A DNA stretch of 64,000 bases from Planctomycetota bacterium (GCA_036125855.1 JAYZTT010000001.1:7917-71916); one strand, 5' to 3'. Counted from the stretch's first letter, positions 49,359 to 58,273 are shown. Notes: generated by a model from the letters alone, not told the origin. Program-made: numbers and translations.

Positions 49359-50987
49359 CTATCGAGACTGCCAGGGGGAGAAATAGCCAAGTAGCAGCCT
49401 TGCCAGCAGAAACAGGGCCATCGCGGCGCACAGGAATGCCCACCAGGGCATGCTGGAAACGAATAAAATCACCGAGCAGATCAGCAATGCTGAGGTGAGA
49501 ATCCCCTCCACCAGGCGCCGACTGGAGAGATCGATTCTCTTCGAGAGGCGGTCCAGGCCGACAATCTCCGATTCGACTCGCAGTCTTCCACGAGTCGCCT
49601 TGCGCAGAGCATCAGAGACCAGGTCGGGCAATTCACCCAGGGTCTCGATTCCATCTATTGTCTGGTCAGCAGCTCGGCGGATGACGCTCTCGGCGCTGAC
49701 CTGCTCTCGCATCAACTCAATCAGTAGCGGTTCCAGTTCACTGGCCGTATCAAACCCTGGATCCAATTTTTCGGTCAACCCCTCGAGAAGAACCAGGGAA
49801 CGAGTCATCCGGACAAACCCCGGAGCAATCTCTATTCTGTGCTCCGTCGCAATATCGATGATGCTCTTGAGAAGTGCGGGCAGATCTACATCGGAAATTT
49901 TCAAACCCACATAGGGATCCAACCGATTGGCAATCGACTGTGTCAGTGCAAAAGAATCCGCATCGCCGTGACAGTACCCGACGTGAAGAACCTGCTGTGA
50001 AAGTTCTTCGTAATCCCTTTCCACCAGAGCTTTCAGCATCTTCGACAAACGCCAGCGAAGCTCCTTGGTCAGCAATCCGGTGAGACCGAAATCGATCCAG
50101 CATAAACGACCGTCTGGTTGCAAAATGATGTTGGAAGGATGCGGATCACCGTGAAACTGGCCGTGCCTGAAAATCATGGTGAACAGAGACCGAGCACAAG
50201 ATCGCACCACTTCTCTTCTTTGATCCTCCTTCAGTTCTGCACGCCCGAGAGGGACCCCATCGATCCAGTCCATGACCAGAACCTCACGACTGGAAACGGA
50301 TCCATAAGTATTCGGGATCAGCATTTCCTCATCGCCGGAGAAGGCCAGACGGATCCTGTCGATGGAATTACGCTCGAAATTGAAATTGATCTCGTTGTCG
50401 AGGGCATGGCGCAACTCCCGTACTACACCGTGTGGATCAAAACCGCCCGATTCGGGCTGCCTCGCCAGAGCCTCGGCAAACTGATCGAGCAGACCCAGAT
50501 CGCGGCTGATCAATTTTTCAATACCCGGCTTCCGGATCTTGATCGCCACTCGATGACCATCCAGGGTCATTCCACGATACACCTGGGCGATGGAAGCACT
50601 GGCGACCGGTTGCTCATCGATCTGACGGAAGCACTCGGAAATTTTCCTTCCCAGTGACTCCTCCAGCACCACCTTGATCTGGTCAAATGGAATCGGATCG
50701 ACGTCATCACGCAAGCGTTCCATCTCTCTCACCAGATGGTGAGGAAAGATGTCTGGACGACTTGCAATCAACTGTCCCAGTTTGATGTAGAGCGGACCGA
50801 GGTCTTGCAGGGCCAGTCGAAGACTCCTGGGAAATGAACTTTCAGGCCGAGCTCTACCTCCAAATAAACGAACTCGCACACCGGAACCGAGTCGAGAAGC
50901 GAGATCACCAAGACCGTGACGTGCCAGGATCAGGGAGATGTCCTTGAGGCGAGGTAGATTCCTCAGGGTGCGCAGAGGTTTCACCAC
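49359..50987 (-). CDS. ABC1/UbiB-family atypical kinase
   Basis: ASASIAQVYRG...VAIKIRKPG, HGDPHPSNI, and two C-terminal TM segments. GTG start after AGGAGA. Confidence 0.88.
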   Translation of the reverse strand: MVKPLRTLRNLPRLKDISLILARHGLGDLASRLGSGVRVRLFGGRARPESSFPRSLRLALQDLGPLYIKLGQLIASRPDIFPHHLVREMERLRDDVDPIPFDQIKVVLEESLGRKISECFRQIDEQPVASASIAQVYRGMTLDGHRVAIKIRKPGIEKLISRDLGLLDQFAEALARQPESGGFDPHGVVRELRHALDNEINFNFERNSIDRIRLAFSGDEEMLIPNTYGSVSSREVLVMDWIDGVPLGRAELKEDQRREVVRSCARSLFTMIFRHGQFHGDPHPSNIILQPDGRLCWIDFGLTGLLTKELRWRLSKMLKALVERDYEELSQQVLHVGYCHGDADSFALTQSIANRLDPYVGLKISDVDLPALLKSIIDIATEHRIEIAPGFVRMTRSLVLLEGLTEKLDPGFDTASELEPLLIELMREQVSAESVIRRAADQTIDGIETLGELPDLVSDALRKATRGRLRVESEIVGLDRLSKRIDLSSRRLVEGILTSALLICSVILFVSSMPWWAFLCAAMALFLLARLLLGYFSPWQSR

Positions 50988-50996
50988 CGGGATCTC

Positions 50997-51311
50997 CTAT
51001 CCGGAACCACAGCGCTTCTCCAGCTCCTCGACGCGGGCAACAAGCTGGTCATAATCTTCACGACTGACCGGTGTCACCTTTTGCAGACGGTACAGGATTT
51101 CATCGGAGAGGCTTCTGTCAGCGCTCGTCTGGTCAGACTCCGATCCCGCTTCTACAGCCGTGGAACGTTTCCACGCCTTCAAGACCGCTTGCGCCTGATC
51201 CCGGGTAATCGTGCCGTCTTCTACCAGATCATCGACAGCAGAATGCAGGCCCGATCGGGCTCGTTCGATGGCATCCAGGCCGGCATGGATCCATTGTCGT
51301 ACCGCATCCAT
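50997..51311 (-). CDS. Small helical protein, hypothetical (phasin-like appearance, unverified)
   Basis: A 104-aa ORF with a GAGAGG RBS and predicted helical/acidic character. It lies immediately upstream of the ubiB-like gene. Confidence 0.55.
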   Translation of the reverse strand: MDAVRQWIHAGLDAIERARSGLHSAVDDLVEDGTITRDQAQAVLKAWKRSTAVEAGSESDQTSADRSLSDEILYRLQKVTPVSREDYDQLVARVEELEKRCGSG

Positions 51312-51395
51312 GATCGATACCTCTCATTCACTGACGGTTCCGCATCGTAGCGGATTGGTCGGCAGTGATCGAGCGGGGGGGACAATTGCTGAGTG

Positions 51396-51434
51396 GATAA
51401 AAAATAGGGAGTCCGTTGAGAATCAACGGACTCC
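51396..51434 (-). terminator. Strong rho-independent terminator (minus strand), 230 nt downstream of the nearest upstream stop codon
   Basis: A perfect 12-bp stem GGAGTCCGTTGA-TTC-TCAACGGACTCC, followed on the minus strand by CTATTTTTTATC. Confidence 0.65.
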
Positions 51435-51667
51435 GCGGGAAAGGGGGGGGAGTGCAAATTGTTGTGAGGTCTGCTCTGAAGGAGAACCTCGAGAGAACTC
51501 TAGCAATCGCTGGGCCAACTAAATGAAGAAAGACATAAATGCCACAATGCATTTATTTGTATAGGGTTACAAGATTACAGCGAGCTGCCACAACTGCCTC
51601 AAGAGGCCGCAACAGTTACCGACCCGGCACAATTACCGGGTCTCAATTCCCGCCCCCCCGATTTGAC

Positions 51668-52744
51668 TCAGGCGGTCAGAACCCTGCCGAGAGCCTCCAG
51701 GGCCGGTTCAAGCTGATCGACCGGCAGTCCAAAACCGATCCGAACATGGTCCGGTGCACCAAAGAAATGCCCCGGCGTGAGATTCACATCGTGCTCCAGA
51801 CACCTGCGTCGGAACTCCACAGCGTCCGATCCGTAACCGGAGGGAACCCTGGGGAAGCACACCAGGCCGCCAGCGGGGGCAACCAACGACAGCGGGTGCT
51901 TCTCGAGCCAGTCAGAAAACAGGTCCCAGCCGTCACTGGCAAACTTGCAGCCCCTTTGTCGTAACGGCTCCCATCGGCCCATTGCAGCCCGAGCCACCTG
52001 ATCGGTCAGACAGGAGTTATGAAGAGTCGTGGAGTCGAAAACGCAACGAGCACGATCCACCAGATCGGGACCACCGAAGCCCCAACCAAATCGCACCTGA
52101 GAAATCCCGTGTACCTTGTTGAGTCCTCCGATGCTCACAATCGATGGATGAAGGCGAGAAAGTGGACCCGGATCGGGATCGAGGAACGGACGATACATCT
52201 CGTCGACAAGCACATGGCAATCAAGCCGATCGCAGATGGAGACGATCCCCTGTTCTTCCTCTCTGGATAACTGTACTCCACTTGGATTGTGTAGATTGGT
52301 AATCAGAAGCAAGTTCGCACCGTGTTGCTCGATGATCTGAGCCAGACGATCCACATCGATGCGATATTGATCCTCGAAACGACGCTCAAAGGGAACTGTC
52401 CGGGCTCCCACCACCGACAGGGCATCGACAACGGGAAGGTAACCTGGCACCTCATGAACCACCGTGCCACCAGGCCCTGCCAGTGCCGCAGCAAAGCAAA
52501 AGTGTGCATGGGAAGCACTGGAAGCGAGCAGGATTCCCTCGGGATCGAGGCCCCACATAGCGGCCAGTGAATCCATCACCTCGCTCGGACCATAGGGTGT
52601 GAATTCGAACAGCTCGAGTGTCGCAGGATCGAGACCGATCTGTTCCCAGCTAACGGGAGGAACGGCACTCATCGTCAGTCTGTGCTTTCCGATCCGCCCC
52701 TCTGATTTGGCCCATCGGATGTAGGGGACCCGGGAGAGTTCCAT
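51668..52744 (-). CDS. Class I/II pyridoxal-phosphate-dependent aminotransferase
   Basis: LITNLHNPSGV, VLVDEMYRPF, and the PLP-lysine region SIGGLNKVHGISQVRFGW. Start at the ATG 52744 (MELSRVPYIRWAK...), with the alternative ATG at 52672. Confidence 0.8.
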   Translation of the reverse strand: MELSRVPYIRWAKSEGRIGKHRLTMSAVPPVSWEQIGLDPATLELFEFTPYGPSEVMDSLAAMWGLDPEGILLASSASHAHFCFAAALAGPGGTVVHEVPGYLPVVDALSVVGARTVPFERRFEDQYRIDVDRLAQIIEQHGANLLLITNLHNPSGVQLSREEEQGIVSICDRLDCHVLVDEMYRPFLDPDPGPLSRLHPSIVSIGGLNKVHGISQVRFGWGFGGPDLVDRARCVFDSTTLHNSCLTDQVARAAMGRWEPLRQRGCKFASDGWDLFSDWLEKHPLSLVAPAGGLVCFPRVPSGYGSDAVEFRRRCLEHDVNLTPGHFFGAPDHVRIGFGLPVDQLEPALEALGRVLTA

Positions 52745-53760
52745 CTCTGTTCCTCTTCTTCTTGTTTCATCTGGCGTAACCGAGCTCTGCGACGAAATCT
52801 CTGTACTACCGCGGCGATCACCACCAACAGCGCAAGTCCTCGCCACGACAGCAGGAGATCGAGCAGCAATCCAAAAACCACGTCAGACTCGGCCAGTTCC
52901 TGTTGCCATTGTTCCGTCGCCTCGTCAATGGTAAAGCCTGAAACTCGCTCAAACGCCTCTGCCCAGGGAACTCCTTTTTGACAATGATCCAGGATCCTGG
53001 CGTGCAAATCCTCTCCCCAGCGACGTCTGGTCCAGTCTATGAACAACAGTGCCTCGGCATAGAGTAACGAGGCACTGTAGTGATCGGCTGGCAGGTGCTT
53101 CTCCAGATCGGTGATGGAAAGTAACGAGCGATTTCGAGCCAGCAAGATCAACGCGTGGCGTGTCGAGGGATCGGGATACTGTCTGGCCACCGACTGGGCG
53201 ATCCCCTCGTGAACCCATCTCGGTAGCACTCCCCCGGCCTCCGACAGAACCAGATGTGCCAGTTCATGAACGACCGTGGCACTACCCTTGCCTGGCTGGC
53301 GGATCAGATACTGCAGGTCGATGATGGCGATCCCCTTCTGCGACAGCGCCACCGCCGGGACCCAGGCAGGAACCGCCTCGGCACCGAGCTCAGCGAGTGC
53401 AGCATTGAGACCGGTTTGTCCGGCAACCAGCACCAGCAAGGGTCGTCTGCCGGAGTCAGAACCGAGCCAGGTCCGCAGTTCCAGCAGGGCACTCGAGACT
53501 CTCTCCTGTAACGGTTCGGAGGGATCTGCCAGGCCAGGGGCAACGGCCCAGATATGGGTCGGAGTCTCGAGCCTGCGGTACTTGGTGAAGATGTCCTGCT
53601 GGCCAGGTAACGAGCTGGCCAGGCTCGTCAGAGCAGCCACCAGCAACACCGAGGCGAACGGAGTCAAAACACGTCTGGCTGTCGGCAGATCTGGTATCAC
53701 GTGTCTCCTCGATGAAGAAGGGGCGTGGAACTGTAAGTTCCACGCCCCTGCATGATCCAT
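52675..53760 (-). CDS. Membrane-anchored HExxH metallopeptidase-like protein (peptidase-MA-like)
   Basis: N-terminal signal/anchor. VVHELAHLVL plus WVHEGIAQ (a gluzincin pattern). A C-terminal TM (GLALLVVIAAVV) and a basic tail. The start is uncertain (53760 or 53811). Confidence 0.65.
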   Translation of the reverse strand: MDHAGAWNLQFHAPSSSRRHVIPDLPTARRVLTPFASVLLVAALTSLASSLPGQQDIFTKYRRLETPTHIWAVAPGLADPSEPLQERVSSALLELRTWLGSDSGRRPLLVLVAGQTGLNAALAELGAEAVPAWVPAVALSQKGIAIIDLQYLIRQPGKGSATVVHELAHLVLSEAGGVLPRWVHEGIAQSVARQYPDPSTRHALILLARNRSLLSITDLEKHLPADHYSASLLYAEALLFIDWTRRRWGEDLHARILDHCQKGVPWAEAFERVSGFTIDEATEQWQQELAESDVVFGLLLDLLLSWRGLALLVVIAAVVQRFRRRARLRQMKQEEEEQRWNSPGSPTSDGPNQRGGSESTD

Positions 53761-53777
53761 TCTGTGGAAGCGAAACG

Positions 53778-54971
53778 CTAGACACTCTCCGAGAGTGCGG
53801 CGACCAGGCAACCCTTGGAAACGCTGTACAGCGGATCCTCGGCAAGACGGATCTCTTTGATATCGAGAGGGAACTGGATCTTCTCGAATTCCTGCTGGAA
53901 GACCTCGGTGAAGCCTCCGATCATGCTGGTTCCACCAGCACAGACGATGCTCACTGGCTCGGGGAAGCTAGGCATCGAGGAGGAGGATTCGAAGCGCTCT
54001 TTGATGTTCTTCAGGGTGTAGGAGATCAGGTTGCGGTAGTAGATCTCAACCGCTTCTTCTTCGCGTCCCTGAGGATTGGCGAGATCGATACCCTTCTCCT
54101 TGAGGCCACATGCGCGGGAAGAACTGATTCCCAGCACGTGAGCCACGTTGCGGTCGATCCAGTCTCCGCCACGGGTGGTGGAGAAGGAAAGAGCCGGAAT
54201 CGACTTGTAGGAAACACAGACATTGAACATTCCGCCACCACAGGAGATTCCGATACCGGTGAAATCATCCTCGGCGAGTTCGGAGAAGACCACAGCGTGT
54301 CCCTCGACCAGCGGCTTCGGATCGTATCCAAGACCCTTCAGCAATCCGCCGAAGACTCCCTGGTGGTAAACAACATTCATCTCGGCATCAATCGGCTCTG
54401 CTGGAACCGAGAAGTAACAGTTTTCACCCTGCTGCTTCGGCTGGCCGAGCAGAGTTTCGAGCAGCATTCTCTCGATGGGCAGCGCATCGGTCTCATCCGG
54501 GCTGATCATGCCGTCCTTCATCGGACGACGGGTGTTGCGATTGAAGATGTTGGCGAGTTCAAACGCCGGATCACCAACAACCACCATGCGATTGTTGACC
54601 ACGACATACTGAACACCGAGGCGAGTCAGCATGTTGCGTGTGTAGTCGTCACAATCGATGTCGATGAAGGCATTACGCTGAATCTTGAGATTCACGTTGC
54701 CGGTGCTGTCCTGGAAAGAAGAGACGAGATTCGCGGTACCCACGTCCAATCCACGTCCCTGCGCCACTGCTGCGTTTGAAGAATCTGAAGCAGTGTTTAC
54801 TGGTGTGGTGGCAGGAACATCTGTGGAATCCTTCACCGGATAGTTAACTGCATTCAAAGCGTTGGCTTCTTCAACACCAAATACAACTTCTTTCTTCTGG
54901 TCCTTATCGACATTCGCGGCAGGACCATTGCTATCGAAGTTGTCACGGGCGTAGTCTGCGTAATCTCCCAT
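53778..54971 (-). CDS. Divergent actin-like ATPase of the MreB lineage with a roughly 70-aa N-terminal extension
   Basis: Phosphate-1 GLDVGTANLV, the MreB-type RRPMKDGMIS, phosphate-2 GIGISCGGGMFNVCV, and the adenosine motif VCAGGTSMIGGF. No mreC/mreD genes are adjacent. Confidence 0.75.
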   Translation of the reverse strand: MGDYADYARDNFDSNGPAANVDKDQKKEVVFGVEEANALNAVNYPVKDSTDVPATTPVNTASDSSNAAVAQGRGLDVGTANLVSSFQDSTGNVNLKIQRNAFIDIDCDDYTRNMLTRLGVQYVVVNNRMVVVGDPAFELANIFNRNTRRPMKDGMISPDETDALPIERMLLETLLGQPKQQGENCYFSVPAEPIDAEMNVVYHQGVFGGLLKGLGYDPKPLVEGHAVVFSELAEDDFTGIGISCGGGMFNVCVSYKSIPALSFSTTRGGDWIDRNVAHVLGISSSRACGLKEKGIDLANPQGREEEAVEIYYRNLISYTLKNIKERFESSSSMPSFPEPVSIVCAGGTSMIGGFTEVFQQEFEKIQFPLDIKEIRLAEDPLYSVSKGCLVAALSESV

Positions 54972-54977
54972 GCCCCG

Positions 54978-55670
54978 TTACTCCGTTTCCTTCTGAAGGC
55001 CTCGCAATTTTGCCAGATTGGCAGCGATTCCTCCCGCTTTCGCGTTTTTGACCTCGATCTGCTCGAGGTTATTTTCTAATTCTTCTTCCGCCGGTTTTGA
55101 AAAGATCGCAACGAGCGCCTCTTCCGACGGAACTTCTTGTACTTGTGATGAGGATCCACCGGATCCTTTCGCAACCTTGCTAGCGAGGGCATCGATGCTC
55201 TTCTGGATTCCCTCGATCTGATCTCCCGTTGCACTGGTGGGCTCGGTTCGAGCGTCTTCGAGGGCTTCCTTGACAACGGAACGAAGCTGGTCGGAGTCCA
55301 GATTGCTCGACGGCTCGCTACTATGATGTTGCGCTTCCTGGAGCTTTTCCTGCAGATCAACAGCCTGCTCACGAAGCGTGTGAATACGCTTCTCGTACTT
55401 CTCCTGCTGCTTTTCTTGCTCGGATTTACGCGCTTTCACCAGGCGAGTGAATTCACTTCTGGCTTCATCGCGAATCCTGTCACGATCTTCTTCATTGATC
55501 TCGCTGAGACGTTCCTCGACCACATTCTGGACCGCCTCGTCAATGAGATTGAGCACAGCGGCTTTATCGAGGACGTTGACGGTCCTGTGCCCTCTGCGAG
55601 CAAGTTCATCGATGGCCACGGTACTGGTTCGCTTTTTTAGTGCGTCCGGCACATCAAATGTATGACTCAT
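54978..55670 (-). CDS. Acidic coiled-coil protein, hypothetical
   Basis: Start at the ATG 55670 (MSHTFDVPDALKK...). A long heptad-like E/K/Q/R-rich centre (EDRDRIRDEARSEF...EQEKQQEKYEKRIHTLREQAVDLQEKLQEAQ). It ends 6 nt before the actin-like gene. Confidence 0.65.
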   Translation of the reverse strand: MSHTFDVPDALKKRTSTVAIDELARRGHRTVNVLDKAAVLNLIDEAVQNVVEERLSEINEEDRDRIRDEARSEFTRLVKARKSEQEKQQEKYEKRIHTLREQAVDLQEKLQEAQHHSSEPSSNLDSDQLRSVVKEALEDARTEPTSATGDQIEGIQKSIDALASKVAKGSGGSSSQVQEVPSEEALVAIFSKPAEEELENNLEQIEVKNAKAGGIAANLAKLRGLQKETE

Positions 55671-55888
55671 CCGGCCATCCGTCCTTGAGGCACTCCATCG
55701 CGAAATCCGCTCAGGATCTTGCAACTCGATGCCAGACGATCCATGTCACGGATCGATCCGATTACGAAGGCCCCCAATGGAGGCCAAGAAGAGTAGCATC
55801 GGGTGTGAAAAGGCGGCAAACCGGCAAATGGGGCGAGAGAAGGGGAAAGGTCCTCAGAGGCTGCTCGTGCTCAGCAATCGGTGATTCT

Positions 55889-56596
55889 CTAGCCCTCGGC
55901 GTCGATCATCTTCTGGGCATAGAGACGGATTCGGGACTCGGCGGCCTTTCGATCCCTGCTCGACAGCTTGGTGCCGTATTGCTCCATCATCTGGAGCAGT
56001 GTGGTTCGAGCACTGCCATAATCTCCCAGCGCCACATAGATCTGCTGAAGGTCCCAGTACTGCTTGGGATGCTGATAAGCAACGGCGGTGTTCCGGAGGT
56101 GAACCTCCATATCTCGCTGCGCCAGTCGTAGCCACCGGTTGGCCAGCGATTTGGCCTCGATTCGCCGACGTAGCAGCCCCTCCTCCGGCTTCAAACCCTC
56201 GTCCTCGAGCGGAGTGCACTCCTGATCCAGAATCGCATAAATATACTGGTACCCATCGGCAACTCGCTTGCGAATTTCAAATCTCTCGAGACGAGGCTGG
56301 AGTGAATCGGTGCTCAGCTTCACCGCTTCATCGAGCAAATCGGCTGCTTCTTCGTATTTCTTGATACTGGCCTGGATACTATCGAAATCCTCGGTATCGA
56401 CCGAATCCATCACTTCTCGAACGATGCGAGCTGCCTGTTCCCGATTCTTGGTAATTGTCTGGGCGGCCTCGATGGCGTCGAAATCACCGGAGTCATTGCC
56501 ACCTGGTGAAGTGGCGCAACTGACGAGGCTCCCCAGCAGACCCACCATCAATATCGTTTGAATCCCATAACGCAGCGGACTCTTCTGCACTCGCAT
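55889..56596 (-). CDS. Helical lipoprotein, hypothetical
   Basis: MRVQKSPLRYGIQTILMVGLLGSLVSC (lipobox LVSC). GGGAGA RBS before the ATG 56596. An all-helical, TPR-like C-terminal half. Confidence 0.65.
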   Translation of the reverse strand: MRVQKSPLRYGIQTILMVGLLGSLVSCATSPGGNDSGDFDAIEAAQTITKNREQAARIVREVMDSVDTEDFDSIQASIKKYEEAADLLDEAVKLSTDSLQPRLERFEIRKRVADGYQYIYAILDQECTPLEDEGLKPEEGLLRRRIEAKSLANRWLRLAQRDMEVHLRNTAVAYQHPKQYWDLQQIYVALGDYGSARTTLLQMMEQYGTKLSSRDRKAAESRIRLYAQKMIDAEG

Positions 56597-56713
56597 CAAA
56601 TCTCCCATCGACGGATCCAGTCAAAAAGCTCGACTGGATAGTCTAATAGCATTACTCGAGAAAGGAAGGCTCATCGGGCTCGCACTCGATCAGATTGGTT
56701 CATCACGGTCAGC

Positions 56714-58273
56714 TCAATCGATCTCCTCCGTCGGTATCAGGGCACTAATCCCATCTTCACGAGTTTTCACAAGATGCTCTCGATGACGATCGATCAGTAC
56801 CTTGCCCGGCGGAAATCCTTTCGGTTTTCTGACATTTTTTGCCTCGGTCCAGTGAACCACCTGGGTTCCTGGTCCCCTCCAGCCTGACAGACGAGCAGCG
56901 ATGAACGCTGCATCATCGATACTTTCGGGAGAGGCAACCTTGCCCGGCTGCAGACGCAGGATCACGTGTGCGCCAGGCCTTCCGGCTACATGGAAAAACA
57001 AATCGTTACCACGAGCTGTTCGAATGCTCAATTCATCGTTTTCGCGAGCACTTCTCCCGGCAAGAATCGTCAATCCTTCGCGACTCCTGAAGGTCTTGAA
57101 CCGCACCTTGACTTCTTGCTTGCTGGTACGGGCACCGGTTTTCTTGAGCCCTGCACCTGGCCTGACCTTGCCGTGTTTTCGAACCAGTTCCTGCGCAAGC
57201 TGGCACCACTGCAGTACTGGCTCATCCGAGCTCGAGTGATCATCATTCAGTTCGGACCCTGCTGTAATCGCTTGCTCGACCGCATCGAGAGTGGCAATGG
57301 TATCCATCTTCCTATCAGTGAGAATCGTAATCGACCGCTTCCCCTTACGCGCACGACGAAAATAACGCTCTACATTTTCCTGCGGAGATCGGTCTGCCTC
57401 CAGATCGATCTCCACCAGGGGAGCTCCCTCCTGGTACCAATCCTGCACCTCTACCTTTTCCATTCCACGACGTAGTGACGGCAGATTGCCTTTCAGCAAC
57501 TCTCCTTTTTTTTGCCATTGCTCCCAGTTGAGAGACTTCTCCAGATCAGACTCCAGTTTCTGGAGTCGGCGTGTCATCGTCTTGCGAATGCGCCTCAATC
57601 TCTGCTCATGACCACGGATCAAGGCAGCGAATAATCGTGATTGCTCCTGTTGTTCCAGCCGCGGAGCCAACCATCGATGAAGCGGAGCTTCGCCCTCCCT
57701 CTCTTCGACTGGAATCAGTTGAATCGGATCGAAGGGTATCGTGGCGGAGGTCTCCCCCGGGCGATTCGATGATGCAAAATCGGGAGACTTACCGGGGAGG
57801 TAACGATCTCCCCTGGAGACTCCTCCCCTACCGGTCACCAGCAGGATGCGACGATTACTTCCCTCGGTGATCAACAGCCGTCCCTGGCGACCAAATAGCT
57901 CTGCGATCAGCTCTCGATAATTTTTTGAACCCCTGGGAGCAGACAGAACCAATCGCATCACACGGTCCTGACCGGGCTGATCGACCTTTTCGATACGAGC
58001 TCCAGAGATCAACTCGCGCAACGATTCGGCCAGCTCGCTGGGACGGGGAGGTGCCTCAGGCGGATTTTCCCAGAGAACCATCCTCGAGGTGCCCGGATGG
58101 AGAGAGATGAGAAGATGACGACGACGCGCCCCGGACCCGATGACGATACGGAGATTACCGTTGGGACCATCGAAGATTTTTCCGATACGCTCGCCGTTGA
58201 TCAGCTCTTCGAGCTCAGCGACAAGTCGCGCGATTTCCTCTACTCGAAGGCCTTGGGGAGCGGAGAGATTCAC
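56714..58273 (-). CDS. NFACT-family protein (FbpA/RqcH-like, DUF814 C-terminal domain)
   Basis: A central coiled coil and the NFACT-R signature ILAGRSARENDELSIRTARGNDLFFHVAGRPGAHVILR. GTG start. Confidence 0.85.
   Translation of the reverse strand: MNLSAPQGLRVEEIARLVAELEELINGERIGKIFDGPNGNLRIVIGSGARRRHLLISLHPGTSRMVLWENPPEAPPRPSELAESLRELISGARIEKVDQPGQDRVMRLVLSAPRGSKNYRELIAELFGRQGRLLITEGSNRRILLVTGRGGVSRGDRYLPGKSPDFASSNRPGETSATIPFDPIQLIPVEEREGEAPLHRWLAPRLEQQEQSRLFAALIRGHEQRLRRIRKTMTRRLQKLESDLEKSLNWEQWQKKGELLKGNLPSLRRGMEKVEVQDWYQEGAPLVEIDLEADRSPQENVERYFRRARKGKRSITILTDRKMDTIATLDAVEQAITAGSELNDDHSSSDEPVLQWCQLAQELVRKHGKVRPGAGLKKTGARTSKQEVKVRFKTFRSREGLTILAGRSARENDELSIRTARGNDLFFHVAGRPGAHVILRLQPGKVASPESIDDAAFIAARLSGWRGPGTQVVHWTEAKNVRKPKGFPPGKVLIDRHREHLVKTREDGISALIPTEEID

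Noticed and set aside
53712-54779. 355-aa plus-strand ORF
   Set aside because: It is antisense to the actin-like gene, which has clear ATPase motifs. It has no RBS and no recognisable motifs.
55719-55736. CTGGCATCGAGTTGCAA upstream of the coiled-coil gene, and CTGGCATGAACAGGCTT at 28174..28190 upstream of the SEC-C gene, as sigma-54 promoters
   Set aside because: Both have good -24 and -12 half-sites, but the GG-to-GC spacing is 9 nt rather than the essentially invariant 10 nt. I kept them only as weak candidates for a matrix scan.
56615-56639. Hairpin ATCCAGTC-N9-GACTGGAT between the NFACT gene and the lipoprotein gene, as a terminator
   Set aside because: It has no U-tail on the minus strand, and its loop rather than its tail carries the T-run. 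It may be a weak structure only.
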